A stretch of DNA of 53,747 bases from Catajapyx aquilonaris (Eukaryota), in the NCBI GenBank assembly GCA_000934665.2, contig JYFJ02002622.1, forward strand, positions 1 through 53,747, given 5' to 3'. This document shows, piece after piece, positions 23,953 through 35,744 of this stretch (the stretch's first letter is position 1; each line of letters starts with the position of its first letter). Under the pieces are notes generated by a model that was given only the letters and a program-made list of their open reading frames with translations, had not been told where the DNA came from and searched no databases. Made by a program: the position numbers and the translations under genes.

Positions 23953-24028
23953 CTGAGTCACAGGATCCTTCAAAACTCTGGCTTGAGTTACGGTTCCAAA
24001 TTGACTGAAGTATTTCTTCAGTGTATCT
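23953..24028 (-). pseudogene. Isolated RRM-like exon (Musashi/hnRNP A/D type): DTLKKYFSQFGTVTQARVLKDPVTQ
   Basis: Minus-strand acceptor ttttcatcAG(AG) and donor CAG|GTtggc. The peptide matches the helix1-beta2 pattern L..YF.QFG.V....V..DP.T of RRM domains. RNP1 and RNP2 exons were not found. Confidence 0.6.
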
Positions 24029-25668
24029 CTGATGAAAAGTTTGTTGCGGGAGCCGCTGTTGCACTTGGTGCTACCTAGCTATCCCTCTTCCTTCCATCTT
24101 CAAGCTAGAGGAAACAAAGATACATTTTGAATCACACAAATAGGGGAGGCGGCTGCCCTCTTTCAACCTATACTGGTTACTAATATATATACACAGGGAT
24201 AATGAATATCATGACTACAACATTGGCACAACATAGTATAGCCTACTTATCATGCAAACAATATTGATAAAACTGTGTAATGCAAAGGGATACAAAATTG
24301 AAGCAGCACATTAATATCAACATAATTATATCAGACACACAAATATAGAGTTACTGCAAATATAATCTAACAGTGTGCTGCAGAATTAAGCTCACATCTG
24401 TATCAGTGAAAATTGTGGACATACACCTGTAAACTCACCTTCAGGATTGGTCTGGAATCATACTTACTGTATTAACCTATTAAATGCCTTTCCAAGGATG
24501 TGCACGTGCCAGAGAAGTTAATGGGAAATAAGAATCAATGAAGTATGTTATACAAATATATGCTACATTAAAGACAATATGACACTTCATGCATTTGACA
24601 AAAATTAAGTAAATCAGAAATTACTGTATTATGCCATGTCCTGTGAATAATAATTTCTGATTTACTTAATCCATGTATTGGTTCAAGCCTCTTTTGGTCA
24701 TAAGTGTTCTGTAGTTGACAGCACTAAGACAGATGTGTAGGACCTACTTTTTAAATAAAAATTTATAATATATGCTAATGTGTTAAACACCGGTTAAACA
24801 TGATAAGTTAGCCTCTTTCATTTGTACACCTGATTCAGAGTACTTTGAATCACACATTATCAATTTCACAAGGAAGCATAGGAATCAACTCATGATCACA
24901 TGATTATTTTGTTTGTTTTGTTTGAGTGGGAAGGAGTCAAAGCTCTTGGTCAAAGTAACTAAGGCAGTAAGGCAGTCTGGCTACTAGTACTAGCAGATAC
25001 ATATATGGGGCAGGTGGAGATAGAAATGAAGAGAAAAAGAAGAGAGGAAAGGCTGGAGTGTACTCGTACTCTCCACAAAAATCTGCAGTAAAAAGCCTCG
25101 CCAGCAGACTTTCCACGGATTCAGCTCTCTTTAGCCGCGGTCCTTGTAGAAGGGAAGGTGGAACACCACTGCAATGTGAAGGTACCATTGACATATCATA
25201 ACAAAGTACACACCTGATTGCTGCCTGATTGCATCAGTGGCCAACAATAGCATTAAAATTTAGCCGCGAATTAAGTTCTCTCGGTGCCAGAAATTAGACA
25301 TGAAAGTTCAAATAGCATTCTGAGGACAATGACACATGGATATTCACCAAACATTTACTCCTGCTGCCAAGGAGTAAAACACTCATCAAGTCCGTTGTAC
25401 AGTCAAGTCCGCCCAAGTCCGGGCTCAAGTCTGGATTTTTACAAGTCCGTTGTACGATCAACTGCCGAGTGATTTACCTCTTGCCTGCTGCTCATATTAT
25501 TTAAATTATCCAATGAGAAGAGGCCAATTCTGGACTCAGCTACCTGGGTTTGGTTGCTCTGGATGCATGTGAGTAGCACTAGTGCAAATGCTACCTCTCC
25601 AGATTTTCAATTTACAACTTAAACCCAAATCTGGAAACATTAATTTTGATAAGCAGCTCCACGTACAC

Positions 25669-27610
25669 TAGGGCGGCTCGAAAAACACTTTTTTTCGAAA
25701 GTTGTAGTTCGCTAGTGAAAAAAAGTTGTGTTGGGCGATCCTTTTAACAGGTAAAAAATCTGAGTCATGTGGGTTAATATCCTACGTCTCCGCCAGGGGC
25801 GTAAGTGACGCAACTTCCGGTTTTTAGTTTTTTGGTGTGCGAGTACACTTACCCGGCCTAAACATGAAAGGTTGTGGCCCTTTGGGGGTGAAATGTCGTT
25901 ATTTTTGCGATATCTTGCACCGTTGACGAGATATTGACAAAAACCCCAGGTTCAAAAATTACACCGTTCTGCAAAAAAAAACACCCTCTTTCGCTCTTTT
26001 GAAAACTTTTATGTGCTTTTTATGTATTTTTGGGTGCTGAATCCGAATCCGGCAACAGATTTGCTCTATCACGTACAGTTTTTGAGATATATCGTTTTAA
26101 AACTTTGGACGGTTTACTAGGGGTCTTTCCGAATCAAGTGGGCCTAAATGTTGCTAGACCGCCTTGGATCTTGGTGAAAATAATCCCAGATGTACTCATC
26201 TATTCCTTAACGCTGCCTATAAAAATTCAGCCATATTGCTCAATACTATGATGAGGGGGAAAATCGCAACCATCTGGAAATGACTGAGAATGAGGCCTTT
26301 TTTTGGAAAAAAAAATTTCGGTTAGTGCAAGTGATCAAACCCCAATGAACATATATCAAAAGAAAGGGAAACACCAGGATAATGCGCCTATGGAATTAGT
26401 ATTCCACTAAAATGTAAAAATAAATTTTTATAGCATTTCATTTGTCACTTGCACAGTCACATGCCCAAGAATATATTGTGACCTCAACAATTATAATCGA
26501 CTGTACTTGGCCGACTCCCTCTCGTACCTTTTACACTTATACAAAAACGTATATCACTGGTTCGGGCAGTCCTGCGGGGAAAACCCTTACGCAGTCCTGG
26601 ATATACACTGCGACAACTAAAAACTGTGAAAAACAACAATTCTTGATTTAAGTGTCGTATCTCCCAACATTTGCGTTTTCTCAAAATATGTACGCGATAG
26701 AGCCATTCTGACTTCTGATCTGGATTCAGTACACCTTAATCTATATAGTGCATCTACCTTTATCCAAAATAGGCTTTTTCTGCAGAACATATTGAGGTCA
26801 CAATATATTCTTGGGCATGTGACTGTGCAAGTGACAAATGAAATGCTATAAAAATTTATTTTTACATTTTAGTGGAATACTAATTCCATAGGCGCATTGT
26901 CCTGGTGTTTCCCTTTCTTTTGATATATATGTTCATTGGGGTTTGATCACTTGCACTAACCGAATTTTTTTTTTCCAAAAAAGGCCTCATTCTCAGTCAT
27001 TTCCAGATGGTTGCGATTTTCCCCCTCATCATAGTATTGAGCAATATGGCTGAATTTTTATAGGAAGCGTTAAGGAATAGATGAGTACATCTGGGATTAT
27101 TTTCACCAAGATCCAAGGCGGTCTAGCAACATTTAGGCCCACTTGATTCGGAAAAACCCCTAGTAAACCGTCCAAAGTTTTAAAACGATATATCTCAAAA
27201 ACTGTACGTGATAGAGCAAATCTGTTGCCGGATTCGGATTCAGCACCCAAAAATACATAAAAAGCACATAAAAGTTTTCAAAAGAGCGAAAGAGGGTGTT
27301 TTTTTTGCAGAACGGTGTAATTTTTGAACCTGGGGTTTTTGTCAATATCTCGTCAACGGTGCAAGATATCGCAAAAATAACGACATTTCACTCCCAAAGG
27401 GCCACAACTTTTTATGTTTAGGCCGGGTAAGTGTACTCGCACACCAAAAAACTAAAAACCGGAAGTTGCGTCACTTACGCCCCTGGCGGAGACGTAGGAT
27501 ATTCACCCACATGACTCAGATTTTTTACCTGTTAAAAGGATCGCCCAACACAACTTTTTTTCACTAGCGAACTACAACTTTCGAAAAAAAGTGTTTTTCG
27601 AGCCGCCCTA
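25669..27610. mobile_element. Non-autonomous hAT-type foldback transposon, about 819-bp TIRs, 304-bp spacer
   Basis: Termini TAGGGCGGCTCG...CGAGCCGCCCTA. 8-bp TSD ACGTACAC at 25661-25668 and 27611-27618. Arms 25669-26487 and 26792-27610 are nearly identical in reverse complement. A related fragment lies at about 28063-28125. Confidence 0.95.
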
Positions 27611-29499
27611 ACGTACACTTGGCTATCAGGTCACCTTACACTTGTTAACTATTTGTAATTTAGCCATTGCTGTTGTACTGTTTTGACTTTTTCACTAGGA
27701 CCAGGACTAAGGTAGGACGATATGGGTTAGTTAAGTTACTTCCAGCAACCAGTGCAGCATTGGCCAAGCAAACAGATAACCAACCAGTTAGTATCATCGC
27801 TGTATGCTCAGTAACCCCTATACGTAAGCAGTATAGGCTACACACCATCAGTGGAAATTGCGAACACCTCTGTATGACCACCTGTATACATGCAATGATG
27901 AGCTCTGGCAAGAATTTACTGCATTACAATCATAGGACCAGCCTCTGCCTATGTGGTGGTTAGCAAGTCAGTATCATCCAGAGCCTAATTACCATCTACC
28001 ATGCCTGACTACCTTATCTGCACTTAAGGCTGAAATAGCGAGCCCATGGCAAGATTTCGTCTCACTTGATTCGGAAAGACCCCTAGTAAACCGGTCCAAA
28101 CTTTAAAACGATATATCTCAAAAACTAGAGATGATACGGCAAAACTGATGCCCTATTTAGAATAATCACTCCAAATATACCAAAAAGTGGGTCCAACCTC
28201 CAAGGCACCAAAAAAAAAAAAATCAATTTTGTTCCCCTATGTAATAAATTCCAGATGGATTTGGATGGCAAATTAATTCCTGGGCACACTACCAGTACTG
28301 TAACACATGAACTTATTGCTATTTCAAACTAGGAATGAAACTAAAATGAAGTTGAGAAATAAACAAGGCAAGAATGAAGGGATAGGACGAGTTCATCATG
28401 AATGCAATAGTCGCTTGAAGGGTTTAGAAGATCTCGAGAAGCGTTTTCATCTGAATGATGTGAGTCGGGATCTAGAAATAAAAGAGACAGAGCAGGAATC
28501 AGTATAATGAGCGTGAAATACAAGCTGCTATAAGAGAGTACCAGGAGAAATACATTCCACTGCATCTAAAGTTAATAATAAAGTTGAAGACAGGGGAGAG
28601 GCAGAGAAGGAAAGACAAAAAATAGGAGACTTCATGAAAGAAGAGACTCCTGCACCACAAGGAAGCTGAGAAGGAGATGCAATGACCCCACACATGCAAA
28701 AAAGAACATTCACTCATTAGATAAAGAGATGAAAGATGACCTTAAGCTGTTGGCCAGAGCTGCACTGGACCAATCTGAGTCAAAAAATCAATGCCATCCT
28801 CATAATTGGACACCTGATGCTAGTTATGCATGCAACTAAATTGTAGCAGTTGAGAGTTATTCTTCTTAAAGAAATGATCAGTATTCTTATTCAATGTTTT
28901 TCACTCTTTGTACAATTATAAAATGAAATGTGACAATTATGCTGGGCTTGTACAATGCGTTACTAAAGGTTCCCCTGAGATTAATGTCATATTTGACCAA
29001 GGTTGCTTAGGGTCCCTTTCTTACCTTGGTCCAATGCAACTGTGAGAAGGCATCTTCATTAACACTCATTGCCTTATTTTGAGGCAAGACGGGATTTGCA
29101 GGTTTCATGCTCATCATATGAAAATAATGTATTATTGCTAGAATGATGTTATGACGAATGTTCTCGTATATTAACATTCCAAATCCTCAGTCTGACAAGT
29201 GCGTTTCTTCGTCCTTTGATCCCCCTCTCTCCCTCATCACTAATTTACTGGAATATATAAATTTACATTTCGTGTACTAAGGTCACTTAAATCGTTTTTT
29301 TTTTTTACGAGTGAGCTTGTATTTTCACTGTTCTCGTTTCTCGAAAGATGTCGCTAGCTACCATCCTGGCGTCTATGAACACGTTGTTGGTATTTTGATG
29401 CAATTGCTCCTGGCGAATGTACCTTTAGAGCGAATCTTTAAAGTTAGCACCAAAATGTGATTTTCAATGTAGCCTATTGTTTAAACTTTAAAGCATAGA

Positions 29500-30130
29500 C
29501 AGTTACAGTGCTTCTGTCCGTGATTGGCCGCCGTTAAAGAAGGGGCGTTGCTTGACCAATCTCACCATCTGGCAACGTCGCAGCTTGTACAGGTGGCGGT
29601 TCCAACCAGGTGTTTCTGGCAACGGCCTCAACGGACGAGTGTCTGAAAAGGCGAAAAGGTGAGTTTTACCACTGCTCCCGGGCAGAATCCCCTAATCTCA
29701 TCCAGGCATAGCTATTCTGTCATGTCCATCTGTGGGCGCCGTACATGGACACTAGCCCGTGGTGTGTGGCTCGAGTCGCGGCTTTAGGACAGGGTAGAAC
29801 AGACGGATTGCATGATCGAAGGGTGGCTCTCGAGGGAAGGATGACATGAAAAAAAATGGCGGATGACGTGGCTGTCCTGGGCCTAGTAATGTGTCCAGAC
29901 GGGGATGGGCCGTGAATCAGGGTTGGGATCTCGCATGCATTGCACATTATACGCAGTTAGATTCTCCGGAACAAGGGCTATTTAGTGGCAGCAGATGCGG
30001 ATGCCCAGATGTTACTCGTGGCCTCGGATGGTCTCGGATTCTGAAAGAGGGGGGATGGATCGGCCGGGGAACAAGGGACGGGTCGATCGATGAGTGAAGA
30101 GGCGGGTGTTACCGTTGCCCTGGTAAGGCA
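29500..30130 (+). promoter_or_regulatory. CpG-rich promoter and 5' non-coding exon region of the KH gene
   Basis: ATTGG at 29523-29527, CCAAT at 29556-29560, GGGGCG at 29542-29547, strong donor AAG|GTGAGT at 29659, YY1-like AAAATGGCGG at 29853-29862 and TGACGT at 29864-29869. CpG-rich relative to the flanks. Confidence 0.6.
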
Positions 30131-30413
30131 GGCATTTTATTTTTCAGGTACGAAATTCCAACGAATGCATTGCCACTACTTATTAGTTATTAGTTATTAG
30201 GATTCTTCTGATGATCAAAGCAGGGAAAAATAACCGCTCTTGTCCCCATCTCCTGACATGAAAAACACTTGTCTAATCTAGGCGCACAAGGTAGAGGTGA
30301 CACCGATATAGATACGATGTGTTTATAGTTTATTTATCAATTTTAATAAAACTTGTGCATTTTTTTTTCTGCTCCCCACCCCACCCCAAGCTACATATAG
30401 ATTTGAGACGAAT

Positions 30414-30617
30414 ATGAGTGGAGCTGAAGAAGGACGTGGGTCAGGGGGGGGTAGAGGAGGCTGGGGCCGAAGAAGTGGATTTGGGGAAGGGGGTAGGTTT
30501 GGAAGGAAGAGCCCCTTATTGACCATGGAAATAGCACAGAGGGATGTCGGAAAGGTCATCGGAAAAGGTGGAAGCAAGATCCGGGAGCTTCAGGATAACA
30601 GTGGAGCCAGGATTAAG
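30414..30617 (+). CDS. RGG + KH-domain RNA-binding protein (DDX43 N-terminus-like), coding exon 1
   Basis: Acceptor at 30399-30400, ATG at 30414 and phase-0 donor AAG|GTtggt at 30618. Gly/Arg-rich leader, then KH motif VGKVIGKGGSKIRELQDNSGARIK (GxxG loop). Confidence 0.9.
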
Positions 30618-30690
30618 GTTGGTGCATCTTAACTCGGTTTGCAATAGTTTTAAGGACGTGAAGTCCCCAACACGGGAGTATCAATGATTT

Positions 30691-31156
30691 CACAGGCCAA
30701 CAAAAAGGAAAAGAAAATTCCGTTGCACGAGATTTTTCAACTGATTCTAAGTATTTTTTCGGCGCTAATTTCAAATCTGAAATCGGTTTTCCTCTCCAAG
30801 CTCTAGTTTTCATGCAATTTGAAACTTGTGATTTTCGCAATAAAGGACACCAGCACTAATTGCTATTTACATTAGGGTTAGCTTGATGCATTGACGACTT
30901 TTTGTGAATCAACAATGAATATATCTTTACCAAGACGGTTGTTTAAGCCCAATTTTAAGACTGTATGACCATAAATTCCTCAGAAAGATCATGTCATCAT
31001 GCGACAGGCGTCAAAATGTTGCGAAAACTGAACATTTTAATTGTAGAAAATCTAGAGCTTACATAGAAAAACTAACATCAGATTTGGATTCAGCACCCTC
31101 GGTTTAGGCAAGAACAAGTGCTGGGATCAATGCAACAAAAAAGTTGTTGGCCTGAG
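30691..31156. mobile_element. Non-autonomous DNA transposon remnant in a KH-gene intron
   Basis: Short TIR CAGGCCAACA / TGTTGGCCTG. The subterminal motif GATTTGGATTCAGCACCC is shared with the hAT element arms. Confidence 0.5.
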
Positions 31157-31363
31157 TTTTCAAAGCTAATGATGTTAATGTTATTAGTTATGACGATGCA
31201 TTAACATAATTATATTTACTTTATATTTGGCTGCATTGGCTCAATTATGGCCTGCCTGATGAAAGAATTTTTGTTTTTCAACAGATATGCATTTCTGACA
31301 CTTTGCTTTTGAAAGGGGTGCTTCTGCCTTCTCCATTAAAATTCTGCCATTGCTACTTTTCAG

Positions 31364-31687
31364 ATCAATAAGGGCGACAATGTCATCGAGATGTTTGGCA
31401 CAAAAGAAGATTGTGTCTTGGCCAAGCTACTGATTGAAGAGTTGCTGTACAAGCGTGGTGGTGGGGGAGGAGGTGCCTGGAGGGATTGCAGCAATGGCTC
31501 CTCCCAGGATCAGGGCTTCCCAGGTAGGGCACAGGATGGATCCTCTGGATTCTCATCATCATCCACGAACAGCCTCACTTTTCCAATTGCAACAAAGGAT
31601 GTTGGGAAACTTATTGGCAAAGGTGGCTGCAAGATCAGGGAGCTTGAGGAAGCTGGACAGGTGAAGATCACCTTCTTACAGATGAAG
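31364..31687 (+). CDS. KH protein coding exon 2 (end of KH1, Gly/Ser linker, start of KH2)
   Basis: Acceptor ctacttttcAG at 31362-31363 and donor AAG|GTcagt at 31688; 324 nt, phase 0. INKGDNVIEMFGTKEDCVLAKLLIEELL completes KH1, and VGKLIGKGGCKIRELEEAGQVKI is KH2. Confidence 0.9.
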
Positions 31688-32084
31688 GTCAGTGTCACAT
31701 GAAGGTGTTCCTTTTTGATGGTAACTAAGAAATTTGCCGTAGATGTGGGGAGAGTTAGTAATTTGATATCAGTCCCATAGTGGACTACAATGTTTCTCAG
31801 ACTTTTACAAACTGCTGTGGTATGCAAGATGCTTATTGTTCATATACTTAAAATGCCATTATCTGATATTACACCAATCAAGAGCGAGCTATAGATTTTT
31901 ATTAGTTACCTGCCCCTTGGGAGACTCCTGACAGCTCACCCATGGGCCATGAACTGAATTTTGAGAAACACTGATACTCAATTTTGTCAAGAAATAATTG
32001 GTCAAAAAACTTCAGAAATGTGACTGTTGGCTTTGAAGTCCCCTGGAGTGGTGGCTTTTCAATTTATGGGAAAATAATTATATT

Positions 32085-32441
32085 TATTTATTTATTTATT
32101 TATTTTATTTACCCCGTGATACAACTTTATGCCGTTATAGGGGGGTAGCAGACCACCATACAGTTTTCAACTTGTATTTTCTTCGATCACCGGTGCAAGG
32201 AATACTAGGAAATTGATGGGTAAGGGTAGGGGGATTTGGGAAGGGGACACATGTGCAGGTGCATTGTCCAGCGGTGGGCCAGGTGCAGTCCCCCAGGAGG
32301 TCAGGTTGCCAAGACGCCTCCTTATGCACGGGTCACGACCCATTGACGCAAGCGAAAGGTTTGTTCCCGGGTGGGATTTGAACCCGGGACCTTTCGCATA
32401 GCAAGCCGAGACGTTACCATCTCGGCCACCGTGCCTCCCCC
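32085..32441 (-). mobile_element. tRNA-derived SINE family A with (TAAA)n tail
   Basis: Homologous to 10676-10930. TSD GGAAAATAATTATATT at 32069-32084 and 32442-32457. Confidence 0.88.
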
Positions 32442-32714
32442 GGAAAATAATTATATTACAGCGAACTCCGAATATGAGATGCTCGGCTCTAAGCAAACTC
32501 AGTTATAGCCAACTGGAAAGGCTGGTCCTAGCATACTTCCATACATGGTGTGTGTATTTGGATATTGGAAACATTGGATATGGGGTGCAGATGTTTGCAA
32601 TCCCTTTTGAGTCTTTTATGTCGGAGTCGACTGTATTGTAATCTGCCACTTGATACTGGATGCTGTCAGTCATAGTAAGTGTGTTAATTGACATCTATTC
32701 CTTCACTTGACCAG

Positions 32715-32834
32715 ATGGTGAAGAACCAGACGAATATGCACTATGTGCATTTATCAGGCCATCCTGACAACATGGAGAAGTCACAGAAGATGATGATAAA
32801 CTTTTTATATCCCTTAGAGGATAAGTGGAACTAG
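32715..32834 (+). CDS. KH protein coding exon 3 (end of KH2 and stop): MVKNQTNMHYVHLSGHPDNMEKSQKMMINFLYPLEDKWN*
   Basis: Acceptor ttcacttgaccAG at 32713-32714, phase 0. V.LSG.PDNM.K...M supplies the last strand and helix of KH2. Stop TAG at 32832-32834 and donor GTGAGT at 32871. Confidence 0.8.
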   Translation: MVKNQTNMHYVHLSGHPDNMEKSQKMMINFLYPLEDKWN

Positions 32835-32985
32835 CGAGGGAGAAATTGACTCAGCGGCTGCCGGGAGTATGTGAGTAACAAATTATACTTCCTTTATTAC
32901 AGTTGAGGAAGTGGGTAGAAGAGGGGTTGTGGGCTAGTGTTAAGGAGGCTTTTGTTCTCTCGCTTTCTGTGATAGGCAGACAATA

Positions 32986-33751
32986 CAGGGTGTTCCGCTT
33001 AGAGGTATAATAAAAGAAAAATTCATAACTTACAAAGTACTAATTGAAATGACACAAGCTGTGTGCCAGTTTAAAGAGGAGATCTGAATTTTTTTTTACA
33101 TGTCTAATACACTTCTACATGAACTCCACTGGTAGCACAGCAAAGGTCAAACCGGAAGTCAGCCTTAACCCATGCGCTGAGAAGCATTTTGGGGTGTTAC
33201 GTTTTGAATAACAGTGCAAATTCTGTCGCACAAGTCTGCCACATTATGCACCTGTGTAGCCTACACCTGTCTTTAACAAACCCCAACAGGGAAAAGTTAG
33301 GTCGAGTTAGGTTTGGTCATTTGGGGGGCCATGCAATGAACGTTGATCGTCTCCCAATCCATCTTGTAATGGTCATCCCAGAATGTGTCGACATCATTGG
33401 CAAAGTGATGGGGGGGGGGGGGGGGGNNNNNNGAAAATGGTTCCTTGAGGTTAGCTGAAGCATAGCGAATTTCTGTAACATGCCCAGGCATGTAAATCTA
33501 GTTACCATGGTCTCTGAGAAAATAAAGGGACCTGTGATTTTGCACTTCATGACTTCAAAGTAATCATTGCATTTAGGAGAATCCCGTTTGTATTATTGAA
33601 ATGCATATATTGAGTGTTTTAGATATTTAAAACCGTATAAAACTAATATTCAAATCGGCTCTTTAAACTGGCACACACCTTCTGTCATTACAACTAGTCC
33701 TTCGCAAGTTATGAATTTTTCTTTTATTATACATCTAAGTGGAACACCCTG
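32986..33751 (-). mobile_element. Internally deleted Tc1/mariner (maT-like) transposon
   Basis: TA-flanked TIRs of about 95 bp, CAGGGTGTTCC... / ...GGAACACCCTG. Minus-strand transposase remnants ITGPFIFSE, WIGR..., AWPPK..NLT..GFVKD correspond to the WPPRSPDLTP.DF.LWG motif. Confidence 0.88.
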
Positions 33752-35067
33752 TAATATTTCATTTGGCATAATTATATGTCTGTAAGGAGAAAAAGCTGGG
33801 AAGGGTGGAGTATTTTAGTGCAGGTTGCTTATTCTATAGTATTCTTCAGCAGTATAATTATATTGTAGTATATTTAAACCTCTACAAATCCTCACATGAT
33901 ACAGTTCGGTTGCCTGACACACAAGTAGTGACTGCTGGTAAGGGACCCCTGTGGGTATCAATTTTGTTGCTGTGCACCGTAATATGATGTAGTTTATACC
34001 TAACAATATCAGAAGCGAAAGGGAAACTTGGTTTTTTCTGTTGGGTTTGAACTGTGAAAATTAGGGTTTGAAACTACCATTTGTAATATTCTGAACGTTT
34101 TCAAGTGGCAAAGTGGAAAATGTAGTAATTTTGATTTTATTGTTTACCCCAATGGTAGGTCATACCCAATTTTCAGATTCATATACAGTATTATTCACTA
34201 AAACGTCTACTTAGTTAAATTTGTGTGCATGCAGTAATATTGGCCCATTGTAATTGCCTGATTGAAGAGTTGTCCATCATCAATTTATATAGTAAGTTTT
34301 AGGAAATACCGTAATGCGTGGCTCAAAAAAATTGAGTGTCATCTCTACCATTGCTGTAAAAAAGAAAAGAAAAAACCTTTCAATTTCCTCATGTGACCAT
34401 TTGAAACTTGAAAAAATTGCAAATAAGTGAATTTCAAATCCAGATTTTCACAACTAATCAACTTGACAGGAAAAACAGCTTCACTGTTGCTGTTTATATA
34501 ATTAGTTACAATCTCCGCTAAAAGTTGAGTTGCATATGGATAAAATATCTCCTTGGGAGGATCGTCCTTTGTGGTGCATTACATTGTACCTGCCTATTTC
34601 ACAGTGGCGGTTTTAAGGAGTTCAACGCCCCATTCGGACAGGATCGTAAAGAAAGCACGACAGGCGTCACAGGCCCTGATCGTCGAGTTTGTTGAGCAAT
34701 CTCATTGGCCAGTTTTGCTTATGTGACGTAAAGACACGTGACCCATCCCAATAAGTCACGACAGTCGGAAAAGTCCACCGGGGTGGAACTTCCCAACATA
34801 TTGGACAACCGGCCTATTAGGAAGCGGATAGCAGCTCTACGCATGTGCTGTCCTGCGCTCTCATCCGATGAGGAGCTATCTGGGTCCATAAAAGCTGTTT
34901 CTGTTAACCCTGATTATAGAAATTGCAGTCAATAAGAAATTAAAAATAATGGTTTTGTGATTTCAATTGACTAATTGAGTACTATCACGTGAGGTGACTT
35001 TTCCCCTAGGATTAATATTATGGCCAACTTTTTTATTCCCAGTTCTGATTCTTACGATTTATTATTA

Positions 35068-35506
35068 CAGTAGAGCATCGATTATTCGAACAGAGTCTGC
35101 CAAGGGGGTGTTCAGATAACTGATTGTTCGGATAACCGATCATTTACGGAAAAAAATTGTAGGTACCGGTGTCATAGGAGCTATATGAAACTAAGAAACA
35201 GTGATATTAACCACAAAACTGTAAATTTTCTGTCACAGGAACATCTTAAAAATACTGTACATGTACTATATCGCTCAAAAACATAAAAGACGATTTTGCA
35301 TTTGATTCAAGTGCAGGCTGCACTTGAGTCAAATGCAAAATCGTCTCTATGTTTTTGAGCGATATAGACCTTACTGTCCTTACATGAAGTAATCCTGCAG
35401 GTTAGGGGGGGGGGGAAGGCGTTTTTTTTTGTTTTGTTTTTTGGGTGTTTTTTGCCGACCCGAAAACGTTCGGTTGATCGGTGTTCGGATAATCGATGCT
35501 CCACTG
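35068..35506. mobile_element. pogo/Tigger-like MITE, copy 1, carrying a nested palindromic insert (35266-35367)
   Basis: TA-flanked TIRs CAGTAGAGCATCGATTATTCGAAC / GTTCGGATAATCGATGCTCCACTG. The sister copy at 41510-41891 lacks the insert. Confidence 0.88.
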
Positions 35507-35710
35507 TATTTATTTTGTTTTCGTTAATGTTGACTTGAAACTGAACGAGACAGACGTCTATTTGTATTCAGTATTTCAATGCAACTTGGAGGTTTGATAT
35601 TGAGTACTCCACCTGGAAATATCCAAACACAACACAGTTTTTGTTATTATGCACTCCCCACACGAAACACACTCTTCCGCCTGAGAGGTAGGCAACCCGC
35701 CTGACATATA

Positions 35711-35744
35711 CAGGGTGTCTCAACAAAAAAGTTGAGACACCCTG
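35711..35744. mobile_element. 34-bp minimal Tc1/mariner derivative
   Basis: TA-CAGGGTGTCTCAAC-AAAAAA-GTTGAGACACCCTG-TA. Confidence 0.75.

Noticed and set aside
26030..27250. Two identical 73-aa ORFs on opposite strands
   Set aside because: They are mirror images created by the 819-bp TIRs of the hAT element. The start is non-ATG and there is no domain.
28307..28760. Purine-rich + strand ORF fragments (Lys/Glu/Arg-rich)
   Set aside because: Multiple stops and frame changes with no recognisable motif. It may be a decayed exon but cannot be supported.
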